Positions 58,229 to 64,000 of a stretch of 64,000 bases of DNA are shown here, in pieces (position 1 is the first letter of the stretch; each line of letters starts with the position of its first letter). The position numbers and the translations under genes were made by a program. Origin of the DNA: Chrysomallon squamiferum. Its lineage: Eukaryota; Animalia; Mollusca. The stretch spans positions 9,362,001-9,426,000 of the forward strand of contig CM022673.1 of the NCBI GenBank assembly GCA_012295275.1, written 5' to 3'. A model generated the notes under the pieces. That model was not told the origin of the DNA, made no database searches, and saw only the letters and a program-made list of their open reading frames with translations.

Positions 58229-60436
58229 ATGTCTCTCTCTCTTGTTCTCTCTCATTCTTTTTCTATTTCTGTTCATCTATAACTTGCAACAAACCCCACA
58301 ACCAGGGAAAAAAACAACAAATCTTCTGCACAATATGACACATCATTAGCAATAATGAGAAACTTGTGTTCAATACATATGGAATATCTGGTGCATGTGT
58401 TGAGTGTCTGCTAATAAACACCATAATATCTTGGCTAATGAAACAGAGAAATGTTTTCACTGATTGATTTGTCAGATCAGTGTTATTATTTTCATCAGTC
58501 CACTGTGAGAAACAACAGACACTGGTAACAGCATTACAAGAAATAAACAGCTATTAACCGGGTAATTGTAAAATGATTATATTGACAGCTACATTAATAT
58601 GAAAATAATTGTCTTGAAAGTGATATCCAGTGAATGAGCTTAAAATGTCATATTGTTTTGAAGTGGAAAAAACCTGAATGATAAAACAGCCATGTAAAAT
58701 CTTCTGTACAATGATTTTTTAAAATTATTTTTATTATAATTATTTTTTTTTTTTTTTTTTCATCATATTTGTATCTGCCAATGTTCAGTATTAATATAAA
58801 GGTTTGGAACTTAAAAAACTAAAAATCTTTCTTAAGTACACACATTAAATTTAAAGACCAGTTGAATAATTTGTAATGCATGCATTTTCACACAGTCAGG
58901 AAAATACACACCAAAGTTTTTTTTTTTTATTTATTATTTTTTCATGTATTAATAAAACAGCAGTGATTGGAATGGGAATTAGCCAAGTTTTGAGAATATA
59001 CCTTATAAAACACCACTCCATATTACAGCATGTCTGTTTTGGGAGCACAAGCAAGACTGGAAAACAACCAAAAGAAGACTGGGTAATATGACCCAAAGCT
59101 TTTCCTCTAAGCCACATACAATCCCAAGACTTAAAAAACCAAACAAAAACAAAACTGTTCTAAAAGTCTGGAAAATTTAACTTAAGAATAAAAATAACTA
59201 ACTGTGGTGTAACTGCTCACTTTGGTCTGTTTCTGAAAATTACATCAAGATTTTGTTTTATGCCTGAAGAACGTCAAGGTACCAGAAAGATACATAAAAA
59301 AATATAACAGAAGTAAAAAATAAAAGCTTTGCGTATCATACAATATTTATGAATTGTGCTGTTTATGTTTAATTTATATGCATTACAGAGTATTACTTTC
59401 ACACAACCATGTCTGTCTATTTTTTTTGGGGGATTTTTGGGGGGATTTGGGGGCTTTTTTTGCTATTATTATCTACTACTATACAAACTACTAAAACTAC
59501 TACTACTACTAGTATTTACCCCAACTACTGTAGCTACTATCACTATTATTATCACAATTACTATTACAACTACTGCAATTGCTGCTGCTACTACTACTAC
59601 CACTAATATTACTAGTAAAACTATGACAACAAAATCTACTACAACAATTACAACAACTATTTACCTCTCTACACTACAATTTACAACTACAGCTACAATC
59701 AACTACTACTATTACTACTACTACTGCTGTTATGATTATCACAATTACTATCTACAACAACTGTAGCTACTATCACTTCTACTACAATTACAACAATCAG
59801 TTACTACTACTACTACTACTAGTACTATTACTACTATCGCAATCAAATTAGGAACAAAACTATTTTCATCATAAGATCATTTTATTAAAAAATATATTAT
59901 TATGCTCTAACACAGATATTACCTATTATTAACAACCAAAACTAAAATGACCTCATCTCATCCTACAAATCTTTTTGATATAACATCCACATAAAACACT
60001 AACAAAACAATTACTATAAACTATTATTAACAACAAGCTAATTAATGAGACATCTTACCTGTGTTTTGCAGGTGTTGCTAGTAAGCTAGAGCTGTTAATA
60101 ATTCAAGAAGAGCTTATGTTTCTCCAAGGAGTTGTAAATTGTATCTCAGTAAAAACACAGTCTGACAAATGGTGTATTTGTGCAGTACATCAATAAATTC
60201 TGAATATGGAACTTAGCATTATGTGTTCACATAACCCACCCATCTTTTCCTTTACACCTGTGTTCACACCACTGTTCACAGTGTTCATACAGTGTTCACA
60301 CTGCCCACCCATCTTCCCAGAGTGTGAGCTCAGTTCAGGTAACTCTCAAGCTCAGCAGGACTTTTTAAGCATGCTGTTTTTGTATGTTTTAAATGTTACT
60401 TGCAGTATCTGTGTGTATCTGCATGCTAGCATGCAT

Positions 60437-60503
<67 letters not shown>

Positions 60504-61431
60504 GAAATTTTTTTAAATACTTATTTTACAAACATTTTTAAGTGCAATTATTACTTTAATTTTTTTTTTAAAAGTGAAAATTAAAGAATTATAGAAAAAG
60601 AAGTGATGGTGAAAAAAAACAAAAAACAAAAGAACATAAGAAAAAAGGAAAGTAAGAGAAACTAAAAATTACAAAAGAAAGAAACTTAAAATCACTCTTA
60701 AAAACAACTAAACAGTAAACAATAAAATAGCTCACAGCAGTACATTAGATACACATAAAAGTAACATACCACTTAAAACAAAGAAATGTAATTTTCTCTT
60801 TTATCATTCTACAATCAAATGTAGCTTTCTGTATGTGTATGTGTGTTCATGCATGCAAATTATGTACAAGGACTCAAATATTTTTCATCAGTGGATGATG
60901 GACATTTCAATAGTCATAAAATACCACATCATCTACCTTCAGTTGTAATATAAATTTCTTAAACTTTAAAGCAAGAACAATAAAACTACAAGAAAAGAGA
61001 GAAAAAAGGAAAGAAGACAGACTAACAGACAGACACATAAACATATATGCAGACAGAAATGAATAAAAAAAAAAAATAATAATAACAATAAAGTAAAGAA
61101 ACAAAACCTCACCTAAAACAACATAAAAACCCAGCAAACAAGGAAATATTTTTCAATGGCTGAAGAATTAACAGTAAATGAACTAGATAAAATATGAAAG
61201 AAATGTTGTCTTCTGTTACTGGTGTGTGAATTATAACGTGTTGAGTCCTCAGTGATTCACTCTGTCACTGTTTGTGGTCAGATTTGACTTCTTTTTGTTC
61301 TCTTGTAACCAGCAGTGATCATCTGACATCAGCAGAATTTTTAAAACTATAAACTATAACTTCTTTATCAAGATGAACTGTGAGAAATGGTTGTTATTTT
61401 CTATATATTTTCTATTTATTTATTTATTAAA

Positions 61432-61462
<31 letters not shown>

Positions 61463-62279
61463 CAGTGTATATCTATATTTGTATCTACATCTATCAAACT
61501 ATCCACATATACATATAGATATACACATACACACACATACACACACACATATATATATACACATGTATGTATAAATGTACATACCTATGTATACATGTAC
61601 GTACATATGTGTGTATGTTTGTATCTAGCTGTGTGCCTGTATATGTGTATGTACACTTATAAAGGTCTTACAATCAATATGAACTAACCCACTGAACATA
61701 AATTCTGAGAACATCAAGCTACAGAAGCATATGAAAAGCTCAATACTCAAATACTCACAAATCTCTTTCTCCCCCCTTCCCTCCACACATCACTTTCCCC
61801 GTTTTCTCTTGCTTTCAAAAACGCAACATCATAACCTAGCAACTAACAAGACCCAGCCCTACTGACCCTCCCCTCCCGGGGAGAGGGACACAGAGTTTGT
61901 CTCACGTCTGTCTGATAAGCTGCTCTCTCTCTCACTGGACACCAGGTGAGTCTGACATTCCAATCAGCAGGTGTCAGAGGTAAAGTAAACAGGAGTCCGG
62001 TAATAATCAACATTACTGTCAACTCTCAGAGATTTGTTTACTTGTGTTTTGGTGTATTATTAGATACAGGCTGTATAACAAGCGTATCATGTATCAGGTA
62101 CAACCCACTTCTTTGTGTGCTTTTTGATCCACCGAAGACTAACGCATGTTTACAGTATTACTGAGTGTGAAAGGAGGTTAGTGTGTCTGTGTGTGCCACG
62201 CGTTTGTGAATGTGGATGCATAAATCAGTGTAAGCATGCATACAAATGCATACATGTAGGTAGCTATGTAAGTATGATG

Positions 62280-62520
62280 ATAGATAGATTGATAGATACA
62301 TATATACATTCATAGATAGACATAGATAGATAGATATAGATAGATAGATAGATAGATGATAGATAGATAAACAGATACATATATACATACATAGACAGAG
62401 AGAGAGATAGACAGATATAGAGAGATAGATGGATAGATAGATAGATATATAGAGAGATAAAAATATAGATAAATAAATAGATAGAATGACAGACAAACAG
62501 ACAGATAGATATAAGAGAGA
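62280..62520. repeat. (GATA)n-type microsatellite
   Basis: Directly visible. Confidence 0.95.
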
Positions 62521-62679
62521 TATATAGGGAGGTATGTTGATAGGTAGGATACAGAGAAACAGAGATAAACAGAGAAAGTATTCAGAAACAGACAGGTAAC
62601 ACTCATTAACATTCTATTATCAACTATTGCATATTGAAATTTAAAAAATAATTTATGATATATAATCTTTCATATTGAA

Positions 62680-62855
62680 CTTCAGCAAGGTTCTTTTACA
62701 TGAATCTTACAGAACATCCCACAGTCTTTGATAATTCAAACATGGGATACATGCCTGAACTGGAAATTATTCATCTAGAGCACTCAACAGGTTTGATCCT
62801 GCAATAATAAGGCATTTGATATCAATAATCTGATTACTGAACCACTGACCACATT
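62680..62855 (-). mobile_element. Degenerate SINE copy
   Basis: cagcaaggttcttttacatg...aacaggtttgatcctgcaat...ccactga parallels 43278-43440. Confidence 0.4.
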
Positions 62856-64000
62856 TTACAAAATAACTAATGTAACTGAGCAGTAACAGATCCGATCCTT
62901 GGGAATAAACCCATCTTGAGTTTCCTCAAGTTTAAAGAAAAGAGCCAAAATACTTCAATAAGATGATCACACCCATGAACAGTAAATAATAATAAATAAA
63001 TTAACTATTAAAATTACAGTAATAATTTAACAAACAAACAAAGACATGCATTTCAAAGATCAATAAAAAGATCCAACCTTACTGTAAGCAAAAATATCAA
63101 CTTCAATGAAACATTTCTATCTACAGATAGAATCCTGCCAACTTAAGACAGTAACTATCTTACTACACACCTGCAAACAACCAGACCAAAATTAATTTCA
63201 TGAAAAAGGAACATCACACATTTATTATTTAGAAAAATAAAACTTTTTAAGAGCTGCAATAAATGTCTGGAAACACACATTCCAGTCTCAATTCAGCAGA
63301 CATTAGCCGGTAATCTGGATGTATCGCATTTCCAATAAAAGACATTTTTCTGTGGGAAGAAGTTGCAAAAACTCTCCATGATGTGAGAATAACTTTCTTA
63401 ATTTGTAAACTCATGGAACGTTTTAGAAGCCGTTATGTAAGATGGAGAGCCAGGCCAGGGTGTGTGAATTAGCATGTTTTTTAGTTAAACAGGGCTTCTC
63501 CGATGTCAAACAGCTAGTGAAGAGAGCAGTAGGGGAACAAATAATGAGGGTGTGAATCTGCAGGTGCTGATCTGGTGGGGGTGGTGTCAGTGCTGTTCTA
63601 GAGGGGTGCATTTAGTGCATGTTCTGACCAATTTTTATTTTAAAAAAAAAAAATTTTTTTTTTTTTTTATTATTGTTTTAATTGCTGTTGTTGATGATGA
63701 TGGTGATGATGATGGTGATGGTGATGTTGTTTCTGATTTTTTTTTTTTTTTTTTTTTTAATGATAATTTGGTAATTTCATGTTGAAGCTTGTAATGTTAA
63801 ACGAATTCAAGTTGTTATTTTGGATGATAGATTTGTGAAGTAACTGTGATGATGAAAACAGAAGATAATGCATCATTTTGAAAAGTTAAAGAAAAAAAAA
63901 AACTTTTTTATTTAAAAAAAAATTAAAATCAGCATTATCAATACTGCCATTATCTTTTTTAAAATTTTCATATTTTTTGTTCATTTATTTATTTAGTTAT

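Overview
Eukaryotic (metazoan) genomic DNA, very AT-rich and full of microsatellites and poly-A/T runs. The SINE and repeat style suggests a mollusc, probably a gastropod; this is an inference, not a proven assignment. Almost all ORFs in the supplied track are microsatellite artefacts. The one supportable protein-coding gene is the 3' part of an ANKS1-family gene (ANKS1A/Odin, ANKS1B/AIDA-1: ankyrin-SAM-SAM-PTB) on the minus strand. I assembled it by hand from GT-AG exons between 55988 and the stop at 26733. All splice phases are consistent, giving about 530 aa that cover the linker, SAM1, SAM2 and PTB. The ankyrin-repeat 5' exons were not found and are presumably beyond the right edge. The most interesting structure is the splicing architecture: (i) a duplicated, apparently mutually exclusive exon pair (53782-53878 and 51904-51997), where both double inclusion and double skipping create premature stops; (ii) a tandem array of about 11 copies of the 3' splice site of the first of those exons, directly upstream of it; (iii) a 24-nt polybasic microexon (QRLRRKLQ) inside the PTB domain. 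The last introns and the left 26 kb hold many CpG-rich non-coding islands that look like enhancers, a candidate promoter near 16.1-16.3 kb, SINE copies and a Tc1/mariner-type MITE.
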